Positions 13,701 to 26,360 of a DNA stretch of 64,000 nt are shown one piece after another. How positions within the stretch are numbered: position 1 is the stretch's first letter; every line of letters begins with the position of its first letter. The stretch is from Felis catus (Eukaryota), in the NCBI RefSeq assembly GCF_018350175.1, contig NC_058368.1, positions 85,128,001 through 85,192,000 of the forward strand, given 5' to 3'. Position numbers and translations under genes: made by a program. The notes beneath the pieces are model-generated. The model saw only the letters and a program-made list of their open reading frames with translations. It did no database searches and was not told the DNA's origin.

Positions 13701-14285
13701 GTCACTCTTAATCAGGGTAGTACAAATCAAAGCTACACTGATGTACCACCTCACACCAGTTAGAGAGGATAAAATGAACAACTCAGGAAACAACAGATGC
13801 TGGCGAGGATGTGGAGAAACGGAAACCCTCTTGCACTGTTGGTGGGAATGCGAACTGGTGCAGCCACTCTGGAAAACAGTGTGGAGGTTCTCAAAAAATT
13901 AAAATAAGACTACCTTATGAACCAATACTTGTACTGCTAGGAATTTACCCAAGGGATATAGGAATGCTGATGCACAGGGGCACATGTACCCCAATGTTTA
14001 TAGCATTATAGAATCTCTTATGGTTTGCCTCCCTCCATCTCTGTAACTTTTTCCCCTTCCCGTCCCCCATGGAAGGGGAAAAAGTTACAGAGATGGAGGG
14101 AGGCAAACCATAAGAGATTCTTCAATATAGAGAACAAACTGAGGGTTGATGGGGGGTGGGGAGGAAAGGGGAAAGTTGGTGATGGGCATTGAGGAGGGCA
14201 CTTGTTGGGATGAGCACGGGTATTGTCTGGAAACCATTTTGAGAATAAATTATATTACAATAACAAAAAACAACAAAAAAATAAA
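7701..14285 (+). mobile_element. Full-length decayed LINE-1 (copy A): 5' UTR about 7701-9366, ORF1 remnant about 9367-10260, ORF2 remnant from 10328, 3' end rearranged
   Basis: ORF1p piece NNIRIIGIPEEE; ORF2p pieces [33 protein letters not shown] and [16 protein letters not shown]; many stops and frameshifts; G-rich 3' UTR, A tail, and a probable TSD AAAAA(A/C)AGAAAAATA. Confidence 0.95.
11890..11977. repeat. (AAT)n and (TTAAA)n expansion inside L1 ORF2
   Basis: Direct reading; sits at the A-run that precedes GAACTACAG in other L1 copies (for example 33472-33490). Confidence 0.9.
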
Positions 14286-16599
14286 AACAGAAAAATAAAA
14301 ATATTTATTATGCAGCTATGAATAGGTTACAAGGAAAGGTTTCCCTGCAAAAAAAATGTAGTAAGTTCTTAGAAAATCAAGTATAGTTCTAGCATTCAAG
14401 ACAGTGAGTTTACAAAGTGTTTTGTTCTGTTTCTTTACATACATGTGCCACAAATATATTTTGGAACCACCTGTAGCATCTCTGTCAATATTTCTTACAA
14501 AAAGACTGCTAAAATCTCTATCTTTACGCGTTTGGGGTGAGTTTCTTTTGTGTTGCCATGTACTGCTTATAGGGTAGTTTCTGGCTATTAATATCATCTC
14601 TTCTTAATATAGAATATAACTTAATGGAGTATATGAAAATAGCTTAGAACTCAAGACTCAAGGTAGATTGTTGTATTGTCCATGCCTTTCAGTTCTAGTA
14701 AAGCTTCTGGGGATTTATTAATGGGGCTTCAACTTTTAATCAGTAACTTTTCCTTGGAGAGCAAACACTGATAATGGGGTGAAGTTTAAGAAGGATAACA
14801 AAAGTTGGTCCTCCTGAGGTTCAATATATGTACTAATTAAAAACTATGTCTAAGGAATTAGAAGAATAGAGTCAATTTTCGTAAGATTAATCCTGATATC
14901 TTTTAACAGTACCCCAACAACACACACTCACACATGCACATACATACGTATATTCATAAGTAAATGCATGTAGTAGCCCACATGCAACCTTGTCTGAACA
15001 TGACTCTTATATCTCAGTAAAACAATAATTTCATACAGCTTGTGGATAACAATGATGAAAGGCAATAAAAAAGTTAAAAAATAATTACCAAAGGGAAATC
15101 TTATCAGCTTTTATGTAAGGTAACCATATAATGTACTTTCCAAACAAGGAAATGACTAATGATTAAAGGTGGTAACAATAATTTACAGGGATAGAGAGCA
15201 CAATCAAAGACTCTCTGAGTTTGACAAAATAAGATTGTGATATCTTACATATATTGTAATTTACTTTACAAGAAGATAATTGTATGAAAATATATTTTTA
15301 TGATTGTTAGTGATACAAAGTAACCACAAAATTCACTAAGTTTGTGGTTGTTTTCCAATTATGTTAGTATCATGGCATCATAATGTGTCTCTTTTTTAAC
15401 AATTAAAATTCAGCATCCATTTAGGAACAAAAGTGCCTCTATGCAAGGAGTGGAATCTACCACCACATTCCAAGGGACCCAGAAAGATTCTTGCCCCCTC
15501 TACACTGGGTAATAGGAAGACAAATCATGGTACATGGTGTCCTTTATTAGACATGTCTTTGCAAGTATATTCTTTCAATCTGTGGTCTGTATTCTAATTC
15601 TTTTGATATTATCTTTTGTACAGAAGTTTTAATTTTAATGAAGTCCAGATTATCAATTATTACTTATGTCTCTATAATGGATTGTGCCTTTGGTGTTGTA
15701 TCTAAAAGGTCATTGCTATACCCAAGACCATAAAGTTTTCTCCTATGTTATCTTCCAGAAGTTTTTCCAATTTTATATTTTAGATTTACTGCTATGATCC
15801 ATTTGGGGTTAATTTTTGTGAAGGGCAAAGAATCTTCACAGGATTGTTATTATTATTATTGTCATTATTACTTTGCATGTGGATGTCAACTGGAGGTCTT
15901 ATTGTTTTACCCATATTTGTTTGTAGGAGATTATGTTCGTTTCATTGAATTGTCTTTGCTCCTCTGTCAAAGATCAGGTGATAATACATATAATGGTCTC
16001 TTTCCGGGTTCTCTATTCTATTCCATTGATCTATTTGTCTACTCTTTTGCTAATACCACACTGTCTTTATTACTTCAGCTTTATAGTAAGTCTAGAAAGC
16101 AAGTAAGTTTGTTCTTTTTCTTTCAATATTGTGTTGGCTATACTGGATATTTTACCTGTGCAAAATCTTTTGAATGAGCCTCCCTCTCTCTATAATATAT
16201 ATATTAAGTGGGAAGAACTGAATTATTGGTAGTCTTTAGTCTTTCTATCCATAAGAATGAAATATTTTTCCATTTATTTAATTATTTTTGATTTTTATTA
16301 TCATTATGACTTTGTAGCATACTTTGAAATCAGGAAGTATGACGTCTCTGATTTTGTTCTTTTTTTTCTCAAGGTTGCCTTGATTATTTATGGTCTTTTG
16401 TGGTTCAACATACATATTAGAATTGTTTCTTCTACTTCTGTGAAGAAAATCTTTGGTTATTTTGATGGAAATTTTCTTGAGTCTGTAGGTGGCTTTGTGT
16501 AGTATGGTAATTTTAACAATATTTACTCTAGTGTGTGAATATGAGATGTATTTCCATTTGCTTGTGTCTTCTTCAATTTCTTTAAGCAAAACACTGTAG

Positions 16600-16780
16600 T
16601 TTTGTTTTGTTTTGTTTTGATTTTTTGAGAGCCAGAGAGTGAAAGTAAGGGAGGGGCAGAGAAAGAGGAAGACAGAGAATCCCAAGAGAGCTAAGCACAG
16701 AGCCCAATACAGAGCTTGATCATGGTCTAAACTGAAATCAAGAGTCAGACACTTAACCAACTCAGCCACTCAGGAGCCCC
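16600..16780 (-). mobile_element. Can-SINE (older copy)
   Basis: Ends AGCCACTCAGGAGCCCC; TGTAGTTTT repeated at both flanks. Confidence 0.88.
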
Positions 16781-17748
16781 ACAAAGTATTGTAGTTTTCA
16801 TTGTACATCTCTCATTCCACTAGTTAAATTTATTCTTAAACATTTTATTGTTTTCGAGAATATTGTGATCAGGATACTTTTATTTTATTTTTTTGAGATG
16901 CTTCATCATTAGTGAAAATAATTGCAATGAATTTTTTATGTTAATATTGTATTTTATCACTTTATTGAAGTCATTAATTCCATTTTTTGGTTAATCCTTC
17001 AGGTTTTATCTATACTAGATCATGTCATCAGAAACTAGAAACAGTTTTACTTTTTCCTTTCTGATTTCGATAATTTTATTTCTTTTTCATGCCATATTGC
17101 TCTAGTTAGTCTCCCAATGTTACATTGAATAAGAGCAGTAAAAGTGGGAACCCTTATCTTGTTCCTGGTCTTACAAGAAATGCTTTCAATTTTTATCAAT
17201 TGAGTATAATGTAGCTGTAGGTTTGGTGTATATTGTCTTTTTTGTGTTATGTTCCTTCCATACCTGATCTGCTAAGGATTTCTACACAAAATGTTATGTA
17301 TTTTTTCAAATGTTTTTTTCTGGATCTATTGAGATGTGCAGGTGACTTTTATCTTTCATTATATTGATGTGGTGTATTACATTTATTGAATTTTATATAT
17401 TGCATCATCCTTATATCCTAGGGATAAATACTACTTGGTCATGGATTACAATACTTTTAATGTATTCTTGAATTTGGTTTGCTAATATTGTGCTTAGAAC
17501 TTTTGCACTATATTCATCAGATGTATATGTTTGTTAGTTTTCTTTTTCTTGTTATATCATTATCTGGGTTTGGTTTCAAAGTAATGTTGTCTTCTTATAA
17601 TGTATTTGGAAGTATTCCCTCCTTCTTTGTATTTTGGAAGATTTGGGGGAGGAATGGTACAAATTCTACTTTAAATGTTTGATAGAAGTCTCTAATAAAG
17701 CCATCTGTCCATGGAGTTTTGTGAATTGATTCCTGATTAAATCTCTTG

Positions 17749-18493
17749 CTCTTTTCCTTGGTGCACCACTGAAGATCCTGGTGTTGCCATGGGTTTCTGC
17801 CCTACCCGGTATTATCAATATTATAAGAACAAGCCGTATCCAAAGTCTCACTTCTGTAGAGGTGTCCCTTATACTAATTTCTGCATTTTTGACCTGGGGC
17901 AGAAGAAGGCAAAAGTTCCCAATGAGTTCCCACTATGTGACCACAGGGTGTTAGATGAATATGTGCAACTGTCCTATGAAGCCCTGGAGGCTGCCTGCAT
18001 TTGTTTGCAGCAAGTACATTGTGAAAAGTTGTGGGAAAGATGTTTTTCATATCCCAGTGTAGCTCTCTACCCCTTCCACATCATCTGTATCAACAAAATG
18101 TCCTGTGCTGGGGCTGACTGGCTATAGACAGATATGCAGGGTACTTTTGGAAATCCCTAGGGCACAGTGGTGAAGGTCCACATTAACCATGTCACCGTGT
18201 CCATCTACAGGAAGATGTAGAACAAGGAGCATGAGACTGAGGTCCTATACAGGTCAAGTTCAAGCTCCCTGGCTGCCAGGAGATCCACATTTTCAAGAAG
18301 TGAAGTTTACTACGTTTATTATCAATGAATCTGAAGACATGGTGGCTAGAGCAGCTCATTTCAGAGAGCTGTGGAATCAAATAAAACTCTAATCATGGTC
18401 CTTGGACAAATTGTTGACTCTGTACTCATAAGAAACTTGACACTGCCCCTCCTTATTCATGGCCACCAGCAACTCCTACTTCTTGTAAAAAAA
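17749..18493 (+). pseudogene. RPL10: Processed pseudogene of 60S ribosomal protein L10 (uL16)
   Basis: Translation from 17789 ([27 protein letters not shown]...[16 protein letters not shown]...[17 protein letters not shown]) matches the RPL10 N-terminus. It is intronless, starts with a 5' pyrimidine tract CTCTTTTCC, has frameshifts, a stop remnant near 18431 and a short A tail. Confidence 0.93.
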
Positions 18494-18895
18494 TTTACTT
18501 ATTAGTCTGTTCAGATTTTTTATTTCTTCCTGATTCAGATTTGGTAGGTTGTGTATTTCTAGAAGTGGATTTATGTCTTCTATGTTATGTACTTTGCTGG
18601 CATACAATTGTTCGTGGTATCTCTTATGATTATATATATTTCTATAAAATCAGTTATAATGTGTCCTCTTTCATTTCCCATATTTTAGGGTTTTCTCTTT
18701 TTTTCTTAGTCTAGCTTATATTTTTGGAAGAATCAGCTCTTACTCTCACTGATTATTTCCATTGTTTCTATGATCTTTCAGGACTAAACCACAGCAAGAG
18801 ACATGGGTGAAATAGATAAAGAATTTAAAGTAATGATCATGAAGATACTCAGTGGACTTGGAGAAAAAAGTGGAGGACATTAGTGAGACTCTTAA

Positions 18896-19108
18896 ATTTT
18901 TTTTTCAACGTTTATTTATTTTTGGGACAGAGAGAGACAGAGCATGAACGGGGGAGGGGCAGAGAGAGAGGGAGACACAGAATCGGAAACAGGCTCCAGG
19001 CTCGGGGCCATCAGCCCAGAGCCTGACGCAGGGCTCGAACTCACGGACCGCGAGATCGTGACCTGGCTGAAGTCGGACGCTTAACCGACTGCGCCACCCA
19101 GGTGCCCC
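18896..19108 (-). mobile_element. Young felid Can-SINE
   Basis: CpGs retained; perfect 14-bp TSD AGTGAGACTCTTAA (18882-18895 and 19109-19122). Confidence 0.96.
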
Positions 19109-19916
19109 AGTGAGACTCTTAATGAAGAGATAAAAACAAACCAATCAGAGCAATAAATAAAATTTAAAAAAATCACTTGATGTAATAAACAGAAGTCTAG
19201 ATGAAACATAAAAAAAATTAGTGATCTGGAAAACAAGAGTAATGGAAAATTACCAAGCTTAACAAATGAGAGGAAAAAATATGAAAATTGAGAATGGTCT
19301 TAAGCAACTCAGTGAATCTATCAAGCATAATAGCATTTATATTATAAGGATCTCAGCAAAAGAAGAGAGGGAAAAGGGAGCTCAAAATTAAATTGAAGAA
19401 ATATTAGCCAAAAACTTCCCTAACCAGGGTAAAGGAACAGATATTCAGATGAAGGAGACACAGAGATCCCCCAACAAAATCAGCCAAAAAGGGACCATAC
19501 CAAGACATATAATATTCAAAATGGAAAAACACAGTGAAAAGGAAAAAAAAATTAAAAGCAGCAAGAAAACACAAGACAATTGTATCCAAGGGAAACCCCA
19601 AAAAGCTATCAGCAGATTTTTCAGCAGAAACTTTTCAGGACAGAAAGGAGGGGTATAATATATTCAAAGTGCTGCAAGGAGAAAATTTGCAGCTAAGAAT
19701 ATTCTATTAAGCAAGACTATCATTCAGAATAGAAGAAGAGATAAATACTTTATCATACAAACAAAATCCAAATGAGTTTATGACCATTAAGCCACCCCAT
19801 AAGAAATATTAAAGGAGACACTTTGAGTGGAAAGGAAAGGTCATAAATGAGATATGAAAAGTAAAAAACACAGGAACGTTAAAATAAGGTTTTGTTTTTT
19901 TAAAATCAGTCAAAAG

Positions 19917-20113
19917 ATGGAATGCCTGGGTGGCTTAGTTGGTTGAGTGTCCAACTTTTGGTTAGGTCATAATCTCGCAATTTGTGAGTTCAAGCCCCAC
20001 ATTGGGCTCACTGCTATCAGTGCACAGTCTGATTTGGATCTTCTGTCGCCCCTCTCTCTGCCTCTCCCCTGCTCATGTTCTCTCTCTCAAAAGTGAATAA
20101 ACATTTATTAAAA
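19917..20113 (+). mobile_element. Can-SINE in the L1 inter-ORF region
   Basis: TSD TAAAATCAGTCAA (19901-19913 and 20114-20126). Confidence 0.92.
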
Positions 20114-21594
20114 TAAAATCAGTCAAGGGACTAATTATTCATAAAACAAAAAATATACAAAATATGACACCATATACCTTCAACTTGGGAGGGAGGGAGA
20201 GGAGTAAAGAATGGGTTCAAACTTAAGTAATCATCAACTTAATATAGACTGCCATATGCAGAAGATAGTATATACAAAGCTAATGTTATCCACAAATGAA
20301 AAACCAGTAATATGCAAACATAAAGAGAAAAGAATGCAAGTATATTACTAAAGAAAGTCAACAAACCTTGAAAAGAACAAGGGTAGAATGGATCAGGAAA
20401 AAACTACAAAAACAAATAAAACAAGTAACAAATTAGTAATAAATGCATATCTATCAATAATTTCTGTGAATGTAAATAAAGTAAATGGTCCAACCAGAAG
20501 ACATAATGTGACACAGTGGATAAACAAATATGGACAATCTATAAGCTGCCTACAAAAAGTCATTTCAAACCTAAAGAAACATGCTGACTGAAATTGAGGG
20601 GAAGGGGAAACATTTTGTCATGCAAAAAGATATCAAAGAAAGCCAAGGTAACAATATTTGCATCATGCAAACTATAGTTTAAAATAAAGACTGTATCAAG
20701 AGACACAGAAAGGCATTCTATAATAATAAAGGGGACAATCTGACAAGAAGATATAACAATTGTAAATATTGATGAACTCAACATGATAACATGGAAATAT
20801 ATAAAAGATTAACAAACAAAGGAAATAATAGCAATACAACACTAGTAGAGTACTTTAACACTTTACATACATCAATGGACAGATTATCCAAACAGAAAAT
20901 CAACAGTAGCTTAACAAAGACACATTAGACAAAATGAATTTAGCAGACATATTCAGAAATTACACCCTAAACAATAAAATACACATTCTTTCCAACTTCA
21001 CATGAAACATTCTCCAGAATAGATCATATATTAGGCCACGCAAAACTGCCAGTGAGCACAAAACTATTGAAATAATACCATACATTTTTTCTGAACATAA
21101 CACTAAAAATCTAGAAAAAAACAATAAGAAAATTGGAAAGACCACAACTACAAGAAGATTGAATAACATTGTAGTAAACAATGAAGGAGTCAACCAAAAA
21201 ATTAAAGAAGAAATAAAAAAAAACATGAAAACAAATGAAAATGTAAAGAAAATTGTCCGAAATATTTGGGAAGTAGCAAAAGTATTTATCAGAGGGAAAT
21301 TAATAGCAATAAGGGCCTACCTCAAAAAGCAACAAGAGTCGTCAGTAAGCAACATACCTTGCACTTACTTGACCTACAAAAGGAAGAACAAATCAAACCC
21401 AAATCCAGTAGAAGGAACAAAATAATCAAAAATAGAAAAAAATAAATGATATAGAAATTTAAAACAATAGAAATGAAAACAAAACAAAGCAAAAAACAAG
21501 AAACATTAGAACAGATCAAAGAAACCAGCAACTGGTTCTTTGAAAAGATCAATAAAATTGATACACCTCTGGCCAGACTCATAAAACAAAATAA

Positions 21595-21602
21595 AGAGAG
21601 AC

Positions 21603-21666
<64 letters not shown>

Positions 21667-21667
21667 G
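21595..21667. repeat. (GA)n microsatellite within L1 ORF2
   Basis: Direct reading. Confidence 0.92.
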
Positions 21668-24375
21668 ATTAAAATAATTCAAATGAATGAGGAGAAATAT
21701 CAACCAACATCACAAAAATGCAAAATATTACCAGGGAATATTGTGACAAATTAAGTGCCAATAAATTGGAAAATATGGAGGAAGAAATGGACAAATTCCT
21801 AAAAACATAAGCTACAAAAAGAAGCAGAAAGAAATAGAAAATTTGAACAAATTACTCACAATTAAATTGACTCAGACACAAACAAACAAACAAAAAACCT
21901 CCCAACAACAAATATTCAGGATCAGACAGAATCACAGGTTAATTGTATCAAACATTTAAAGAAGAGTTAGTATCTATCCTTCTCAAACTATTCCAAAAAT
22001 ACGAAAAAGGAAAGCTATCAAATGCATTCAATGAGTTCAGTTTTACCTGATATTAAAATGAGATAAATATAGCACCACAAAACAAAATAAAACAAAACAA
22101 AACAAACAAACAAAAAATTTTAGGCTGATATCTATGATGAGCATAGACACAAAATCCTCACAAAACTAGCAAACCAAATCCAACAATACATTAATGAGTA
22201 CTCACCATGATCAAGTGGGATTTACTACGGGGTGCAAGTATGGTTCAATATTTGGAAATCAATCAATGTGATACATCACAATGATAAAAGAAAATGTAAG
22301 AACCATATAATTATTTCAATAGATCCAGAAAAAGCATTTGACAAAGTACAATACCCATAAATGTTTAAAACTTTCAACCACGTATTGTAGAGGGAAAATT
22401 CTTCAATGTAATAAAGGCCTTATATGATGAACCAACAGATAATATCATACTCAATGGTGAAAAACCCAGAACTTTCCCCCTACAATCAAGAACAAGACAA
22501 GGATGTACACTTTTACCCCTTTTATTCAACAAAGTACTTGAAATCCTAGTCATAAGAATCTGAAAAATAAAATAAAATAAAAATATAAAATTGATAAAGA
22601 AGAAGTAAAACCTTCACTATTTGCAGATGCTGTGATGCTATATAGAGAAACCCTGAAAGACTCCATGAAAAAACTACTCAAATTGATAAATGAATTCAGA
22701 CAAATCACAGTATACAAAATCAATGAACAGAAATTAGCTGCATTCTTATACTTAAATAATGAGGCAGCAGAAAATGAAATTAAGAAAACAATCCAATTTA
22801 TAATTGCACTAAAAAAAAAACAAGAAAACATCTAAGAATAAACTTGACCAAATAAGTAAAATATTTGGAATCTGGAAAAGTATAAAACATTGGTGAAAGA
22901 AATTCAAGAGGATAAAAGAAAAAAAAAGACATGCCATGCTCATGGATTGGAAGAACTAAAATTGTTACAATATCTATACAACCTAAAGCAAGCTACAGAT
23001 TTAATAAAGTCCCTATCAAAATTCCAACAACATTTTTTTCACAGAACTAAAATAATTATAAAACTTGTATATAACCAGAAAAGACTTCAAATAACAAAAG
23101 AAATCATGAAAAAGAAAAACAGTACTGTAGGTATCACAATTCCAGACTTTCAGTTATACTATAAAGCTGTAGCAATCCAAACAGTATTGTGTTGGCATAA
23201 AAATAGACACTTAGATCAATGGAATAGAATTGAAAATGAAGATATAAACCCACAATTACATGGGAAATTAATCTTTGAGAAAGGAGAAATAAATATACAA
23301 TGGGAAAATGATGGTCTCTTTCACAAATGGTATTGGCAAAATTGGACAGGTGCATGCAAAAGAATGAAACTACACCACTTCCTTTCACTACACACAAAAA
23401 TAAGCTCAAAATAGATTAAAAACCTCTATGTGAGACCTGAAAGTATAAATATCTTACAAGAGAACACAGGCTGTAATTTCTCTGACATTTGCCACAGGAA
23501 TATTTTTCTAGATATGTCTCCTGAAGCAATGGAAACAAAGCAAAAATAAACTATTGAAACTATATCAAAATAAAAAGCTTTTGAACAGTGAAAGAAACAA
23601 TCAGCAAAACTGAAAGGTAACCTACTGAATAAGAGGATATATTTGCAAATGGCATATCCAATAAAGGATGAATATCCAAAATATATAAAGAACTGATACA
23701 ACTCAACACCAAACAAGAAATAATTCAATTAAAATGGGCAGAAGACATGGACAGGCATTTCTGCAAATTGTAAATATTTGTGCAAAAAAATTTCTGCAAA
23801 TTGTAAATACAGATGACCAACAGACAGATGAAAATATGCTCAACATCACTGATCATCAGGGAAATGCAAATTAAAATTACAATAGTATATCACCTTACAC
23901 CTGTCAGAATGGGGAAAATCAGCAAGACAAGAAAAAATAAGTATTGGTGATGATGTGCATAAAAAGGAACCCTCATGCACTGTTGGTAGGAATGCAAAGT
24001 AATGCAGCCACTATAGAAAACAGTATGGAGTTTCCTCAAAATGTAAAAAAAAAAAAAAATAGAACTACCCTATTATCTAATAATTGCACCACTGGATATT
24101 TACCCAAAAAACAAAAGCACTAGTTCAAAGAGATATATACACCACTGTGTTTATTGCACCATTATTTACAATAGCCAGATTATGGAAGTAGCAAAGTGTC
24201 CATCAATAGATGAATGGATAAAGAACTTGTGGTGTATATACACAATGAAATATTATTATGTCATAAAAAAAGAATGAAAACTTTCCATTTGCAACAACAT
24301 GGATGGAGCTAGAGACTATAGTGTTAAATGAAATAAATAAGTTGGAGAAAGACAAATAATATATTATTCCACTCA

Positions 24376-24850
24376 TATGGAAAGAGCCCAAATGTCCATT
24401 GACCGATGAATGGAAATATAGAGTATTGCTCAGGAATAAAAAAAAAATGAAATCTTGCCATTTGCAATAATGTGGATAGATCCAGAAGATACCTTGCCAA
24501 GTGAAATAAGTCAGTTGGAGAAAGAAAAATACCATATGATTTCATTCATGTGTGGAATTTAAGAAACAAGAGAGATAGATATAGGGAAAGGGAAGGAAAA
24601 TAAAATAAGATAAAAACAGAAATGGGATAAAATCAGAAGAAACTGTTAACTATAGAGAACAAACTGAAGGTTGTTGGAGGGGAGGTGTGTGTGTGGGGGG
24701 GATAGAATAAATGGGTGATGTATATTAAGGAGGGCACTTGTGATGAGAACTGGATGTTATATGTAAGTGAAGAATCCGCTAAATTCTCTCCTGAAACCAA
24801 TAGCACACTATATGTTAACTAACTTGAGTTAAAATAAAATCTTGGAAGAA
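24376..24850 (+). mobile_element. LINE-1 3' fragment nested in the 3' UTR of L1 copy B
   Basis: The ORF2-end and 3' UTR block recurs (ATGGAAAGAGCCCAAATGTCCATTG...) and ends in its own terminus; the host 3' UTR resumes near 24870. Confidence 0.75.
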
Positions 24851-25179
24851 ACAACTACAACAACAAAATCAACAAATGAAAAAAAAAAAAAAAAAAGCAA
24901 ACTAAGAAACAGACTCTTAGCTATAGAAAACAAGCTGATGGTTACCAGAGGGGAGGTGGGTGGAGTGAAGGGTGCAATAGCAGCTGAGGATCAATGGGTA
25001 CACTTTGTCATGATGAGCACTGAATAATGTATAGAATTGTTGAACCAGTATATTGTATGCATGAAATAAATATAACCCTGTATGTTAAATATTCTGGAAT
25101 TAAAATTATAAAGTTAAAAAAAATAATTCTCTGGTGGTTGAGTTCCAGTACCTCAAAGTGGTAGCTTGCTTGATAACCA

Positions 25180-26360
25180 CATTTTCTCTCTCATTTAGTT
25201 TTATTTAATTTTGATACATTTTTTACGAAATACTGCACATATATAATGGATACCTTTTGCTGAGTTTGGATATATGCGTACATTCATGGTACTCTCACTA
25301 CAATTGAACTAATAAACATACCTATCACCTCCAATTTCAGCTCTTTATTCTCTAGAAATCACCATTTTATTTTCCCCTTCTGAGTTGGACTATTTTAGAT
25401 ACCTCATAATAGTAGAATTAGTTAGTATTTTTCTTTCTGTGACTGACTTATTACACTTCCCATAATGTCATCTAGGTCCATCCATGCTGTAACTAATAGT
25501 AGGGCTTTATTCATTTTTTAATTAAATAACATTGCATTGTATATAATATAGTACATTTCATTGTCCATTTATCCAAAAAATGGCATTGTAATTGTTTCCA
25601 TATCTTGAGTATTGTGAATTACACTGCAATAAACATGGGAGTGCAGGTATTTTTGACACTATGGTTTAATTATTTTGATAATCTTTAAAAAGACATTGGA
25701 CTCTTGGGTATAAGTTAAATTTATTTTTTTATTTTTTTGAGAAATCTTCATACTGTTTTACACATTGGCTGTACAATTTTACATTTACATCCAGTGTATA
25801 AGGATTTCCTTTTATCTATGTTGTCACCAAAATGTATCTTTATTTTTTCTTTTTGATAATTTTGTTAATAGCCATTCTAGCAGATGTGAGGTAATATAAC
25901 AGTAGGATTTTGATTTGCAATTTCATGATGGTTATATTGAGCGTCATCTTTTCATATATTTGTCGGTCTTTTGTATTTTTTTTCAGTAAAAGTCTATTCA
26001 AGTCCTTTGCACACTTTTTATTTGAGGTATTTGCTTTTTGTATTGTATTGTTTTGTTTTGTTTTGTTTTGGTTTTTGTTTTGCTACTGAGTTGTATGAAT
26101 TCCTCATATATTTGAAAATTAACTCCTCATCAGATATACACTTTACAGATATATTCTCTTATTTTATAGGTTGCTATTTCATTCTGGTATTGTTTCATTT
26201 GCTATGCATAAGCTTTGTAGTTTGATGTAGCCCCACTTTCTTATTTTTGCTTTAGTGATTTAAGTAACGTAGCCATAAAATCATTGACAAAATCAACATT
26301 ATGAAGCTTTCAAGTTATGTTTTCTTCTGGGAGATTACCAGCTTTAGATCTTACATTTGT
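25180..26360 (-). mobile_element. Old LINE-1 3' portion (L1M-type)
   Basis: Antisense 3' UTR and ORF2-end sequence (for example GTCCATCCATGCTGT, ATAGCCATTCTAGCAGATGTGAGGTAATAT). Confidence 0.8.

Larger units (their letters stand above)
15530..18770 (-). mobile_element. Old LINE-1 ORF2 fragment(s), hosting a SINE and the RPL10 retrocopy
   Basis: T-rich antisense ORF2 sequence; minus ORF 16278-16769 contains LLKEIEEDTSKWK and VILPDFKVCYKVI. Confidence 0.85.
18770..25125 (+). mobile_element. Near full-length older LINE-1 (copy B, no recognisable 5' UTR): ORF1, ORF2 and 3' UTR remnants
   Basis: ORF1p-like PRHIIFKMEK; ORF2p [10 protein letters not shown], degenerate RT motif FADAVMLY, ITIPDFQLYYKA; terminal A tail near 25116-25125. 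Confidence 0.9.
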
